Shown here: positions 18,297 through 28,070 of the stretch, piece after piece | Layout of the letters: every line of letters starts with the position of its first letter | Position numbering within the stretch: the stretch's first letter is position 1 | Assembly: GCA_903895855.1 (NCBI GenBank) | Contig: CAITVN010000089.1 | Location: forward strand, 12,757 to 76,756 | Source: Oligoflexia bacterium | GTDB lineage: Bacteria > Bdellovibrionota > UBA1018 | DNA length: 64,000 nt | Reading direction: 5' to 3' | The notes under the pieces: generated by a model | Seen by the model: only the letters and a program-made list of their open reading frames with translations | What the model was told of the DNA's origin: nothing | Database searches by the model: none | Program-made: the position numbers and the translations under genes

Positions 18297-20141
18297 TTAG
18301 AGAATGCCGTTTTCGTCGGCTTTTACACCCATTGAAACGCTGCCCTTGTCTTTGTTGAATTCGTCGATGGTAGAAAAGGCTTCAGTCATTTTTTTAAGTC
18401 GCCTGACCTGTGCTGCGTCAGTCGCGTCAAACATTCCGGTGCTCTTGAAATAAGAAATCTTAAACAACGTGGCCAGTTTGTAATCGATCACCGGTTCGAT
18501 ATCCACTTTCTTAATAAAATTGCGAGTCGAAATCGCCCTTTCGAGCGCCTCTTGCACGAACTCAAAATCTCGTTCGGTCATGAACTGCAGTGAATCGCTG
18601 CCGATGTTCCAAACATAGTTCTGCCAGAGATTGTAGATTGAGCCAAAAACGGCACCGGTGGTGATGCTGCCAATTTCCCAGCTTTCAAGGGCGTACTGCC
18701 AGCCGTTACTTTCAGATTTGCTTTTCAGCTCAGAAACGTGCCTCAATTGGCTAATGGCAAGCGCGGCTAAAAAATTGTAGCGCAGTTGCAGTAGGTAAAT
18801 AAATTGTTTTTCGTGTAATAAGCCTTCTTTGATGTACTCTGGCGCGCCGTCCGGGCCTTTTGCCCGGTAACGTAAAATTTCTTTAATGATACTTAGAGCA
18901 GTGACTTCTTCGTCATTGCAGAGTGCTTTTTCATTGGCTTTTTTTGCGTTTTTGCAGTCACTGATTCGTTTTTTCTGAGCATCTCCGGTTTCTTGCAATA
19001 CGGCAGCGATCGCCTGAAGGCTCTTGTGGTTATTATCAACGAGTAGGGGGTCGACATGCATGCTCTGCTCGTCTTCAATGAGGTCTCTCATCATTCGCAC
19101 GAAGTCGGCGATTCCTTTTTTCTTCAAGTCGTCGAGCGAGCCATCGCGATCATCGAGCCAGAGTTGGTATTCAAATGCGCTCATCCAGGCAGTAGCTTCG
19201 CGAAATTTGCCGAGCATGGTATCGGCCTTTTTTACGCCATCGAATGAGATCTCTCGGCTCTGGTTTGCCATCGATTCTTTTAACGACGGAACCAGCTTCG
19301 CGATGTTATCGATGATTTCGGTCATCTTCTCTAAGTGCGTTAGCATCTTAGGTAGAGCGTTCATTTTTGAGCTCATGCCTCCGATTTCTGAAGTCATGGT
19401 GCCCATTTTTTTGTCCATTGAGCTGGTGGTGTCTACCATCAGTCGAAGTTCGCCATTGAGGTCGCCCATCTGGCCGCGCATGGCTTTCATGTCGACTCCT
19501 AATTCTTGAACGTGTGACACCATTTGGTTCATGGCGCCGAGTAGGTCTTTGCTCATGGTCTTATTCATTTGCGCCATGAGTGAAACGAGTTTGGTTTCGA
19601 TGACTTTGTTTAAGCCGCCTACGCTCTTGGCAAGGTCATCCATTTTGGTGAGCATTTTACCGTCGATGGTTTCAGTGAGCTTTTGAATGCTTTGATTGGT
19701 TTGTGCCAGTTGGGTTTTGATTTCTGTTTGAAGGGCGCCCATTTGGTCTCTCATTTCTCGCATCGTGGGCACCATCTCGGTGGTGAGCGCGGTCGCCATT
19801 TGCTCCATCATGACGGCAAGTTTTTTCTCCATCACTTCTTGAGTGGCTGCGAGTTTGGTGTTCATCTCTTCCATGCGGGCATCCATTTTTTCCATGGTGA
19901 CGGCGAGGCGTTCGTCGATGTCAGCGGTCATTTTGGTCATGTTGTTTTTGACTGAACCCATGTCGGTGTTCATGTTTTGCATGGTGCCGTCCATCTTATC
20001 GATTGAACTCACCAATGATTTGGTCGTGCTATTCATTTCGGTGGTGTTTTTTTCCATGTTTTTCATGGATTCAGCAAGGCTGCAGCCAGACAGTGAAAGC
20101 GCGATCAAAAACGAAGCGAGTTTTCGGTAACTTTTAATCAT
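18297..20141 (-). CDS. Lipoprotein with ~24 consecutive Met-based 11-residue (hendecad) repeats and a non-repetitive C-terminal domain
   Basis: Lipobox LSLSGCSLA. Residues ~30-290 show a period of 11 with Met at repeat positions 1 and 4 (e.g. MEKMDARMEEM, MMEQMATALTT, MREMRDQMGAL). Confidence 0.65.
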   Translation of the reverse strand: MIKSYRKLASFLIALSLSGCSLAESMKNMEKNTTEMNSTTKSLVSSIDKMDGTMQNMNTDMGSVKNNMTKMTADIDERLAVTMEKMDARMEEMNTKLAATQEVMEKKLAVMMEQMATALTTEMVPTMREMRDQMGALQTEIKTQLAQTNQSIQKLTETIDGKMLTKMDDLAKSVGGLNKVIETKLVSLMAQMNKTMSKDLLGAMNQMVSHVQELGVDMKAMRGQMGDLNGELRLMVDTTSSMDKKMGTMTSEIGGMSSKMNALPKMLTHLEKMTEIIDNIAKLVPSLKESMANQSREISFDGVKKADTMLGKFREATAWMSAFEYQLWLDDRDGSLDDLKKKGIADFVRMMRDLIEDEQSMHVDPLLVDNNHKSLQAIAAVLQETGDAQKKRISDCKNAKKANEKALCNDEEVTALSIIKEILRYRAKGPDGAPEYIKEGLLHEKQFIYLLQLRYNFLAALAISQLRHVSELKSKSESNGWQYALESWEIGSITTGAVFGSIYNLWQNYVWNIGSDSLQFMTERDFEFVQEALERAISTRNFIKKVDIEPVIDYKLATLFKISYFKSTGMFDATDAAQVRRLKKMTEAFSTIDEFNKDKGSVSMGVKADENGIL

Positions 20142-20333
20142 AGTGCGGGCAAGGTTAGCATGATTGATAGATTAAGTCAAGTACTGAGGGCCTATGATTA
20201 CTTTAGAAAATAGGTTAGATATCAGGTGCTTGAGAGCTCATTTGGTTGTTGCCAATGTCGATGGCACCGATAAAGTGGGCAGTGATTTTTTGGTGATTTT
20301 CTGGATAAAAAATTCGACATTGCACTATAAAAT

Positions 20334-20409
20334 TGGTGGAGATGGTCGGAATCGAACCGGCGACCCCCTGCTTGCAAAGCAGGTGCTCTACCAATTGAGC
20401 TACATCCCC
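20334..20409 (-). tRNA. tRNA-Ala (anticodon TGC), CCA encoded
   Basis: The reverse complement reads GGGGATGTAGCTCAATTGGTAGAGCACCTGCTTTGCAAGCAGGGGGTCGCCGGTTCGATTCCGACCATCTCCACCA, with the G3:U70 identity pair and a TGC anticodon. Confidence 0.9.
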
Positions 20410-20540
20410 ACCTATAATGAATGAGGACTTTTTATAGAGTAAGAAATCGAACTTGGCAACAACAGAAGATCCCCACATTGAAAATTTTTCTTGAGATCCC
20501 AAAATTGAGTTATTTTCCAATCCGTGCGAAAGCTTAGGTC

Positions 20541-21215
20541 ATGTCTAATGAAGTTTCGCGCTTGAGTTCGATTCGGGTATTTGGATCTAACGGTGATTTC
20601 GTGATTCCGTCGAATTTTCAAGATATTCTGGCACCCATTAGGCGTTTTGGCGGTACCGAGAAAGTCAAAGTTCTCGATGTGGGATGTAATTCAACCTGGT
20701 TGGCCGAGTTTTTCACTGACTATTATGGGGTTGACACCGATGCCCATCTCATCGATTGGGCCAGAAACCGTTGGATCAACAAGGCAAGAATGACACGAGA
20801 TGAGGCAATCTCGCGGCTCAAAGTATCTGAATCAGAGACCCTGCCGTTTGAGTCGAACCAATTCGATTGGGTCATATTGAGAGATGTTCTTGAGCATGTT
20901 GATGACCCCTTTCGGTTGTACTCAGAAGCGATTCGTTGTTTGAAGCCAGGGGGGCATGTCTACCTCTCTTGTCCCGATGCTCAGGGTCACGTTTGGAATG
21001 AGCCGTCTCACCGAAGGCCTTTTCCGATTCGTGCTCAGCGCCAACTGGCTGATACACATCACTCGAAAACGGTCTACGCTGGTTATGAGAGTGTGGCGCC
21101 TGGAACTCAGAAATTGGCCAAGCTGTTTTTTGGGAGAACGCCTGCGATCATTCGAATGCTTTGGTCATTTTGGTTTTGGCCGAGAAACGCAGTGACCATT
21201 TGCCAGAAGCATTAG
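20541..21215 (+). CDS. Class I SAM-dependent methyltransferase
   Basis: Motif I VLDVGCN and a post-I acidic residue. LKPGGHVYL matches motif III. Confidence 0.7.
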   Translation: MSNEVSRLSSIRVFGSNGDFVIPSNFQDILAPIRRFGGTEKVKVLDVGCNSTWLAEFFTDYYGVDTDAHLIDWARNRWINKARMTRDEAISRLKVSESETLPFESNQFDWVILRDVLEHVDDPFRLYSEAIRCLKPGGHVYLSCPDAQGHVWNEPSHRRPFPIRAQRQLADTHHSKTVYAGYESVAPGTQKLAKLFFGRTPAIIRMLWSFWFWPRNAVTICQKH

Positions 21216-21263
21216 CTAGAGGCATTAGGTCGACACGGTGATTGATAACGGTGTGAAGGAGTC

Positions 21264-22577
21264 ATGACAGTGGAGCTAAAATCTGAACTAGGTCGAAAAA
21301 TTCTCTTCGCTGGTCTTGCGATTTATTCAGTTTTCTCATTGGTATCGATGGCGGTCATGAACCTTGGGTTAGGGGTTTTTGCTTTGACGCTCATTGCGTC
21401 GATTGCCGTAGAGCGCAAACAGCAAATGGGGTCTATTCTCGGGTTGGTCAGAGGGTGGCGAAAAAATCGCGATGTCAGGTTGTATTTTGTGTCTGCGTTT
21501 TTTTTGGCGCTTGCTTGTTTCTTGAGCCTTCTGGTCGCGAAACTTTTTCCGCTAGAATATGCGGGAATTCATCCAGAAATCACTTGGATTACCGATTTGG
21601 CTAAGCTTTATTACTTGTTTTTGCCGCTCTTCATGGGGTGGGCACTGGTAGGAGTCGGCGAAAGATACCGAAATCAGGTTGTCAAAATATGGATGAGTTT
21701 TGCCATGGTGCTTTTTGCGCTAGGCGTTTTTCAGCATTTTTTTGGATGGCCTAGGCCCATTCACATACCGGGGCACGAGCGGTATTTTCACGCCAACCTT
21801 TTCATGGGGCATCACTTGTCTGTGGCAAGTACGCTCATTTTTCCGTTCTTTATGTTGTTAGAAGAGTGGTTTTTTCGGGTAAAAGGTAAATCAAATCGAT
21901 TTTCAAAAATCTCTGAGTTGTCTAAATTAGTGAAGTGGGCGGTACCCTTGGCTCTGGGATTAGCGTTGGTCATGTTTTACGCAACCTTTTCGCGTACGCT
22001 TTGGATCGCGCTGCCTGTTGGAATCTGTTTTTTTGCTTGGAAAGTACTCGACTCAAAAAAACGTTGGTTATTTTTAGGTGGCGTCGTGATCTTGCTCATC
22101 GCTGCTTCGTTTCATCCTGTGATCTCGACACGGGTTCGTGATAGTTTTAGTTTCACCACGCGCGCAGACCTTTGGCGTGCGAATTTTGAATTTTTCGTTC
22201 GCCGGCCTTTTACCGGTATTGGTTGGCATCACAACTTGCAGATGTCAGCCGCGTATTTCATGGTAAACGGCTATAAGGCCGGAACCTTTGTTGGGCACGC
22301 CCACAACTTGTACCTAGAGATCATTGCCTCGACTGGACTTTTTGGCCTCGGAGGGTTCATCGTTTGGATTGCCGTATTCTTGAAAAACTCGAGGCAAACA
22401 GTGTGGTCATTGGGCCTTAAAGCGGCAATGCTAGTCTTTTTGATTAATGGCATCACGCAGGTAAACTTCTGGGAAAGCAAAGTCTTGCATCAGCTGATGT
22501 GGGTCTCAAGTCTGTGCTTAGCGTTTGTGGTGTCACCAAAACAAGAGCCTGAGCGTTCTATTCTCAGCTCAGGGTAG
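21264..22577 (+). CDS. O-antigen ligase/polymerase-like (Wzy_C) polytopic membrane protein
   Basis: About 10-12 TM segments with a large periplasmic loop and an FSRTLW...HAHN-type motif resembling the WaaL/Wzy_C family. Confidence 0.5.
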   Translation: MTVELKSELGRKILFAGLAIYSVFSLVSMAVMNLGLGVFALTLIASIAVERKQQMGSILGLVRGWRKNRDVRLYFVSAFFLALACFLSLLVAKLFPLEYAGIHPEITWITDLAKLYYLFLPLFMGWALVGVGERYRNQVVKIWMSFAMVLFALGVFQHFFGWPRPIHIPGHERYFHANLFMGHHLSVASTLIFPFFMLLEEWFFRVKGKSNRFSKISELSKLVKWAVPLALGLALVMFYATFSRTLWIALPVGICFFAWKVLDSKKRWLFLGGVVILLIAASFHPVISTRVRDSFSFTTRADLWRANFEFFVRRPFTGIGWHHNLQMSAAYFMVNGYKAGTFVGHAHNLYLEIIASTGLFGLGGFIVWIAVFLKNSRQTVWSLGLKAAMLVFLINGITQVNFWESKVLHQLMWVSSLCLAFVVSPKQEPERSILSSG

Positions 22578-22646
22578 ACTTGGGGTTTCATTGAGAATCT
22601 CCTTGCTAAGGTGGCCTCAATTCTCGTAAGTAAGTAAATATAAAAG

Positions 22647-24425
22647 GTGTATAAAATGAAGCGCTTATCCGTGTTGCTGCCGGTGGTCTTAAATTCACTT
22701 TTGGGTTCTCTGGTGATGACCTTGATTTGTGATCAGTCGATGGCGTCGCCGACCATTGTCGATTGTGGGTCGTTTTGGAAGAAAAAGATTCCGATGGTTC
22801 CGCCTCCTGATCATTTTGATTGCTACTTGTACCAAGAAGTCACGAACCCTCCATCGAGTGGTTTGGGTGTTGATCGCATTTACTACGCGACGACTGCTGC
22901 TAATGCTGATGGCTCACCTAGAGCTGAAGTGGCCGGACTCTTAGCGCGAACAGCAACAGCTGTCGAAGACTCGCACAAAGTTTATAGCAAGTACGGGTCG
23001 ATGTGGCCAGTGGTGCTGATTTACATGGGCATGGATAATCCGTCGGGCGACCAGGCGCTCACGCCACTCATGCACGGCGATTACACTGAACCAGTGCCCG
23101 TGCTGATTTTTAAGCAAGAATTGAAAGACACCCCTGAATTTCAAAAACAAGCGATTGCGCACGAAATGTTTCACGCCTTTCAAGCCAGCAATTGGCCCGC
23201 TTCGGCCGAGCCTCAAACCGCTCGTTGGTGGGTAGAAGGCATTGCCGAATATTTTAGTAACTTGGTTTATCCGGCGATCAACCGCGAATGGCAGAGTATC
23301 GAAGGTTACGATGCCGACTTGCATTTGATTGACCAGCCAGAAATGTATCCGACAGCTGCTTTTTTTCAATCTCTCGGAAACGAATGGATGGGGCCTTCAA
23401 GCGTGGTCGATTTTATGGCCGCAATGCCAAAGAGTTTGAGCACCACCCGCGAAGATCAGTTTCGGGCTCTTTCGTCTATCATGAGTATCGGCATGCATTT
23501 TCATTCATTTGCAAGACAGTTTGTGAGCGGCCAGGTAAAAGATTCGAGCGGAGTCTTTGCGCCGACCCATTTTTCTTTTATTTCGAAGAATATGCACTCG
23601 ATTCCGGCAGCAGGCGCTTCGCTAGCGGTAGTGCCTGAACCGTTTGTGATCACGAATAAGCAATTCACGCTGGCCGCTGGCGTAAAGTGGCGGGTCGAGC
23701 CGCAGACGATGGGCGGGCGTAAGCTTCCTGAAATGTCGTTTAAACGTGAGGGCACTGATCTGGTTTACAATCCGATTTGGCCTGGGTTTGCGCTCGATAT
23801 CGATTTGAGCTGTAAGAACAAGCCAAGCAATTTTTTATTTTTAACGACCTCAACGGCGGGGCCTGATACTGCACCCTCTGAGCTTCCTGGAGCGGTCATG
23901 AAGTTTGAAGCTGAAGAAAAAGAATGCCAGTGCAAACTCAGTGGCGACGTAGCCCCAGCGTTAGTTGGCGTTTGGCGAATGCGAAACGATTCAATGAAAA
24001 CTTTCATGCAGACCATGGTAGGAAAAAACATTTCAATCGACTCGGTTGATGGTGAAATACTTGAAATCATTACCGCAAAGCACGAATTTACTTATGAAAT
24101 GAAGTCACTGATCGTGCTCGCGCATAAAATTGATGATCAAATTCAGATAAAATTTGAGATCAACGGTGTGGGCACTTCGGCAACTCTTCAAGCCCCTGAC
24201 ACCAAGCACATGTGTCTACTCAATGCTACCTCAGATGCGATCACCAAAATCACGTTGATGCTACCCGGGCAAGCTCCGGTGACCTCTGAACAGCCTCTCA
24301 CGCAGGCCTGGGAAGAAGGCACTTCGTACCCACTCACGCTGACTGGTGATGTTTTGATGGCGACTCGAGTGAATTCGACGACTGGCGAGAGTGCGAGTCT
24401 GGTCTTAGACCGTGTGAACCATTGA
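22647..24425 (+). CDS. Secreted HExxH zinc metallopeptidase (unclassified family)
   Basis: Signal peptide. AIAHEMFHAFQ is a zincin HExxH motif. 592 aa. Confidence 0.55.
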   Translation: MYKMKRLSVLLPVVLNSLLGSLVMTLICDQSMASPTIVDCGSFWKKKIPMVPPPDHFDCYLYQEVTNPPSSGLGVDRIYYATTAANADGSPRAEVAGLLARTATAVEDSHKVYSKYGSMWPVVLIYMGMDNPSGDQALTPLMHGDYTEPVPVLIFKQELKDTPEFQKQAIAHEMFHAFQASNWPASAEPQTARWWVEGIAEYFSNLVYPAINREWQSIEGYDADLHLIDQPEMYPTAAFFQSLGNEWMGPSSVVDFMAAMPKSLSTTREDQFRALSSIMSIGMHFHSFARQFVSGQVKDSSGVFAPTHFSFISKNMHSIPAAGASLAVVPEPFVITNKQFTLAAGVKWRVEPQTMGGRKLPEMSFKREGTDLVYNPIWPGFALDIDLSCKNKPSNFLFLTTSTAGPDTAPSELPGAVMKFEAEEKECQCKLSGDVAPALVGVWRMRNDSMKTFMQTMVGKNISIDSVDGEILEIITAKHEFTYEMKSLIVLAHKIDDQIQIKFEINGVGTSATLQAPDTKHMCLLNATSDAITKITLMLPGQAPVTSEQPLTQAWEEGTSYPLTLTGDVLMATRVNSTTGESASLVLDRVNH

Positions 24426-24687
24426 AGCCGGTCTAGGTAGCCAAAATTTGTCGCCGTGATTTGGCTGTTGTGAAGGCATTCGACGCTCGATGTTGGGTCA
24501 GTACACCTAAAACTGCATGATAATCGTGCTCCCGAGCCATTGGTTTTGATCTTGAGTGAATTAGACTAAGGTACCATTCGTTGGCACTAGCATTGCTATA
24601 TCTAGCACTGCGCTTCTCTTCCTAAGTTTCGGTGGGTAGAGTCGATAGAGCGAAAATTCTGGAGACGCCTACCCACCGAAAAATTTT

Positions 24688-25065
24688 TTATCCCATCCAA
24701 ATTTTTGCGGCAACGCCAACCAAGAATAAAGAAAATCCACGTTTGAGCCAGAGTTCTGGCAAAACACCCATGAGCTTTGCTCCAAAAAAGGTGCCCATGA
24801 ATAACCCAAGCGCAACGAATAGGCCGAATTTAGCATGCATCAGGGTGAGTCTTCCGGCGCGAAAATGCTCAATGACACCCAAAAGTCCAACAGGCAGCAA
24901 GAGTGCGACTAAAGAGGTGGCTGAAGCTACCGGCTGAGAAAGACCTGCGAAAAACATCAAGCACGGTACGATGATGAGTCCGCCTCCGATTCCAAAAAGG
25001 CCAGAGAAAACACCAGCGGTTGCTCCGACTGCAATAAAAGAGAAAACTTGAACCCAGTAAGGCAT
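24688..25065 (-). CDS. TauE/SafE (DUF81) family membrane protein, half-size (125 aa)
   Basis: GLFGIGGGLIIVP motif typical of TauE/SafE. Only ~4 TM segments, about half the usual length. Confidence 0.55.
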   Translation of the reverse strand: MPYWVQVFSFIAVGATAGVFSGLFGIGGGLIIVPCLMFFAGLSQPVASATSLVALLLPVGLLGVIEHFRAGRLTLMHAKFGLFVALGLFMGTFFGAKLMGVLPELWLKRGFSLFLVGVAAKIWMG

Positions 25066-25180
25066 GATCGAAAAACATTGACTCGTTTAGAGCGATTTAT
25101 CAAGGTAGAAGGTGTCATCACATCACTAGGGTCACCTGAGTGACCAGAGTTAGAAGAGTTAGAAGGTAAGAGGCATTGTT

Positions 25181-26809
25181 TTGTTACGATTAAAAACCGC
25201 GTATGCGGGTCTGACCATCGAGGCTGAAAAAAATTGGTCGATCTCCGAGCGTCGACTGGTTCATGGTAGTCAGGTGTTGCCCGCTAAAGTAAAAAATCCC
25301 AGTCTACTTGCTTGGTCAGTCGAGTGTGCAAAGTTTCTCGGGTTACCCAATTTTTCTGAGATGTCAGAGAGTGAGAAAGCCTCTTTTGTCGCGCTTTTCT
25401 CGGGCAATGTGGTGCCAGAGGGGGTGGCGCCGATTGCACTTCGGTACGGGGGGCATCAGTTTGGCCACTGGGCTGGTCAGCTTGGCGATGGTCGAGCGAT
25501 CACAATCGGGGCTACCGTCGTCGATACGATTGCCACGAAACCAAATGGTTTAGTCGCCACCAACGCTGAGAGCGGCTTTGAAATTCAATTAAAGGGCGCA
25601 GGCCAAACTCCTTACTCGAGGCGCGGTGATGGTCGCGCCGTGCTTCGCTCCTCGGTTCGAGAGTACCTGTGTAGCGAGTCGATGCATTTTCTTGGCATTC
25701 CAACCACAAGAGCGCTTGCGCTTCTCGCCACGGGCGAGGGTGTGGTTCGTGATATGTTTTATGATGGTAACCCTGCTGTTGAACCAGGAGCCATCGTGGT
25801 TCGGGTGGCTCCGACGTTTCTACGCTTCGGTAATTTTCAAATTCATGCTGCAACGGGTGAATCTGACCGACTGCGTGAGCTCATGGCTTATGTTTTGGGC
25901 AGACCTGATTTTACTGAGATGCAAGTGAAGCAGTGGTTCAGTAGTCTCGTAAAGAAAACAGCCGACCTCGTGATTCATTGGATGCGGGTGGGGTTTGTTC
26001 ACGCCGTGATGAATACCGATAATTTGTCAATTCTTGGTATCACGATCGATTATGGACCTTACGGTTGGCTAGATATTTATGACCCGGGTTTCACGCCAAA
26101 TACGACTGATTCTGAGAGGCGGCGTTATTGTTTTGAGAACCAACCCGACATTGCTTACTGGAATTTGAGTGCGCTTGCGATGGCAATCAAAGATTTGAAT
26201 GTTAGTGTCGAACCTGAATTGGCTGAATTTTCTGATTATTTTAGTGCCAACTATTTGACGATGAAAGCAGCCAAAATAGGATTTAGTTCGAAAACTCTTG
26301 AAGGCGACTCGCAGAGCGTAAAACAAGTCATCGTCGATCTTGAAAGCCTACTGACGTCGTGTGAGATTGATATGACGATTTTCTACCGATCGTTAGCTCA
26401 CTATTTAAAAAACCAAACGAATGGATATCAAGATCTCTTGAGTGCTTATTACACCGAGCATGGTACTGAACCCAGTCACGATCAGAAATCAAAACTGACG
26501 AATTGGCTTAGGTCTTGGGTTGAAACGCTCAATCAAACTCAAGAGAATTTTGAAAAAGTCATTCAATTGATCGAGTCGACGAATCCGGTTTTCATTCCGA
26601 GAAATTATCTCGTTCAAGAGGTGGTCGAAGAACTGATAGAGGACAAGCTCGACCGCGAGTTTGATCGCAAGCTTGACAAAATGAAACGTTTTGAAAACGC
26701 GATGAAAACCCCTTATGAACTCAACGAATCGACATTGCCTTATTTTAAGAAGTTGCCAGATTGGGCGCGAGATAAACCTGGGTGTTCGGCGTTGAGTTGT
26801 AGTTCGTGA
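25181..26809 (+). CDS. selO: Protein adenylyltransferase SelO (YdiU/UPF0061)
   Basis: Signature YGGHQFGHWAGQLGDGRA and the overall 540-aa SelO architecture. Confidence 0.9.
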   Translation: MLRLKTAYAGLTIEAEKNWSISERRLVHGSQVLPAKVKNPSLLAWSVECAKFLGLPNFSEMSESEKASFVALFSGNVVPEGVAPIALRYGGHQFGHWAGQLGDGRAITIGATVVDTIATKPNGLVATNAESGFEIQLKGAGQTPYSRRGDGRAVLRSSVREYLCSESMHFLGIPTTRALALLATGEGVVRDMFYDGNPAVEPGAIVVRVAPTFLRFGNFQIHAATGESDRLRELMAYVLGRPDFTEMQVKQWFSSLVKKTADLVIHWMRVGFVHAVMNTDNLSILGITIDYGPYGWLDIYDPGFTPNTTDSERRRYCFENQPDIAYWNLSALAMAIKDLNVSVEPELAEFSDYFSANYLTMKAAKIGFSSKTLEGDSQSVKQVIVDLESLLTSCEIDMTIFYRSLAHYLKNQTNGYQDLLSAYYTEHGTEPSHDQKSKLTNWLRSWVETLNQTQENFEKVIQLIESTNPVFIPRNYLVQEVVEELIEDKLDREFDRKLDKMKRFENAMKTPYELNESTLPYFKKLPDWARDKPGCSALSCSS

Positions 26810-26822
26810 CGAGAGGGAGTAA

Positions 26823-28070
26823 GTGGATTTGAATTTTACTGAAAAAAATCTACCCGTGATCATTGTCGGAACGGGGCCTGCTGGGTTAATGGCTGGCACT
26901 GTTTTGGCTCAAAATAGGGTTCCTGTGAAGTTTATTGAACGTCACGCGGGGGTGGGTAGAAAACTTCTCATTGCCGGTAGCTCAGGGTTAAATATTAGTT
27001 TTTCAGAACCCATCGAAAAAGCGGTCACCCGATATCGAGGCGATGGCTTAGATTGGCGTCAGCTTCTCAGTTCGTTTGGTACCGAACAGTGGCTGCATTT
27101 TATTCGTACGCACTTGAACCTCGAAACATTTGAAGGTACGAGCCGCAGGCATTTTGTCAAAGAAATGAAAGCTTCAGGGCTTGTTAAGTCTTGGGTGAGT
27201 TATCTCAAAGAGTTGGGGGCTGAGTTTGTTCTCGATCACGAACTCATCGGCTTTGAGTGTGTGCCAGGGGTGACGGTGAAGCTGCAATCGAAGCTACCGT
27301 TACAGCGCGAAATAGTTGAGTTGAAGGCGCGAGCTGTCGTCTTAGCCTTAGGCGGTGCAAGCTGGGAGTTCAAGAATCAAGAAGTTCGTTGGCCCAAAGT
27401 GCTTCAAGAAAAAGGCATTGAACTCGTACCCTTTGAAAGTTCGAATTGCGGATTTTTGGTCGATTGGCCTGAGGGATTGAAAAAAGAAGCCGAAGGAAAG
27501 CCTCTGAAAAATATTGTTTTTGAAAGCTCGCGAGGCACTTGTGCTGGCGAACTCATGATCACGAACTACGGTTTAGAAGGCACTCCGATTTACAGTTACG
27601 GTGAAGTGGGTGAGTGTTACCTCGATCTCAAGCCTGGGTTGACGAAGCAGAAGTTGACAGAAAAGTTGAATGAAAAGTTGAATGAAAAACTAGCGAGAAA
27701 GGCCGAGAATCTCTCGCCCATTCGAAGGGTTCAAAAATCAGCGGGCCTTTGCGAAGCGTCTCAAGCGTTGCTCTATCATTTAACCGATGCCGCAGATCGC
27801 GCTGACCTCGATCGGCTGATCGATAAAGTAAAGCGATTGCCGGTGAGTCTAGTAGCTAAGCAGTCGCTTGAGTTCGCCATTTCAAGTCAAGGCGGTGTCA
27901 AGCTGAGCGAGTTGTCGAGTGATTTCGAACTCGCTAAGTGCCCCGGGGTTTACGCAATTGGCGAAATGCTTGATTGGGATACAATCACTGGCGGATATTT
28001 GATTCAAGCCTGCGTTTCACAAGGCGCTTGGGTTGGTTCGGCTTTGGCACGAAACCGAGTGATGTATTGA
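26823..28070 (+). CDS. HI0933/YhiN-family FAD-dependent flavoprotein (BaiN-like)
   Basis: N-terminal GTGPAGLMAG FAD motif and a C-terminal GGY..QA family signature. Contains an in-frame 12-bp tandem repeat (KLNEKLNEKL). Confidence 0.75.
   Translation: MDLNFTEKNLPVIIVGTGPAGLMAGTVLAQNRVPVKFIERHAGVGRKLLIAGSSGLNISFSEPIEKAVTRYRGDGLDWRQLLSSFGTEQWLHFIRTHLNLETFEGTSRRHFVKEMKASGLVKSWVSYLKELGAEFVLDHELIGFECVPGVTVKLQSKLPLQREIVELKARAVVLALGGASWEFKNQEVRWPKVLQEKGIELVPFESSNCGFLVDWPEGLKKEAEGKPLKNIVFESSRGTCAGELMITNYGLEGTPIYSYGEVGECYLDLKPGLTKQKLTEKLNEKLNEKLARKAENLSPIRRVQKSAGLCEASQALLYHLTDAADRADLDRLIDKVKRLPVSLVAKQSLEFAISSQGGVKLSELSSDFELAKCPGVYAIGEMLDWDTITGGYLIQACVSQGAWVGSALARNRVMY

Noticed and set aside
20194-20520. 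Two six-frame ORFs (20194..20424 + and 20215..20520 -) overlapping the tRNA-Ala gene
   Set aside because: The region encodes a canonical tRNA-Ala with a G3:U70 identity pair, so the ORFs are incidental.
20142-22646. Genomic island integrated at tRNA-Ala
   Set aside because: No integrase, no att-like direct repeat of the tRNA 3' end, and no obvious compositional shift. The neighbouring genes (methyltransferase, Wzy-like protein) are ordinary.
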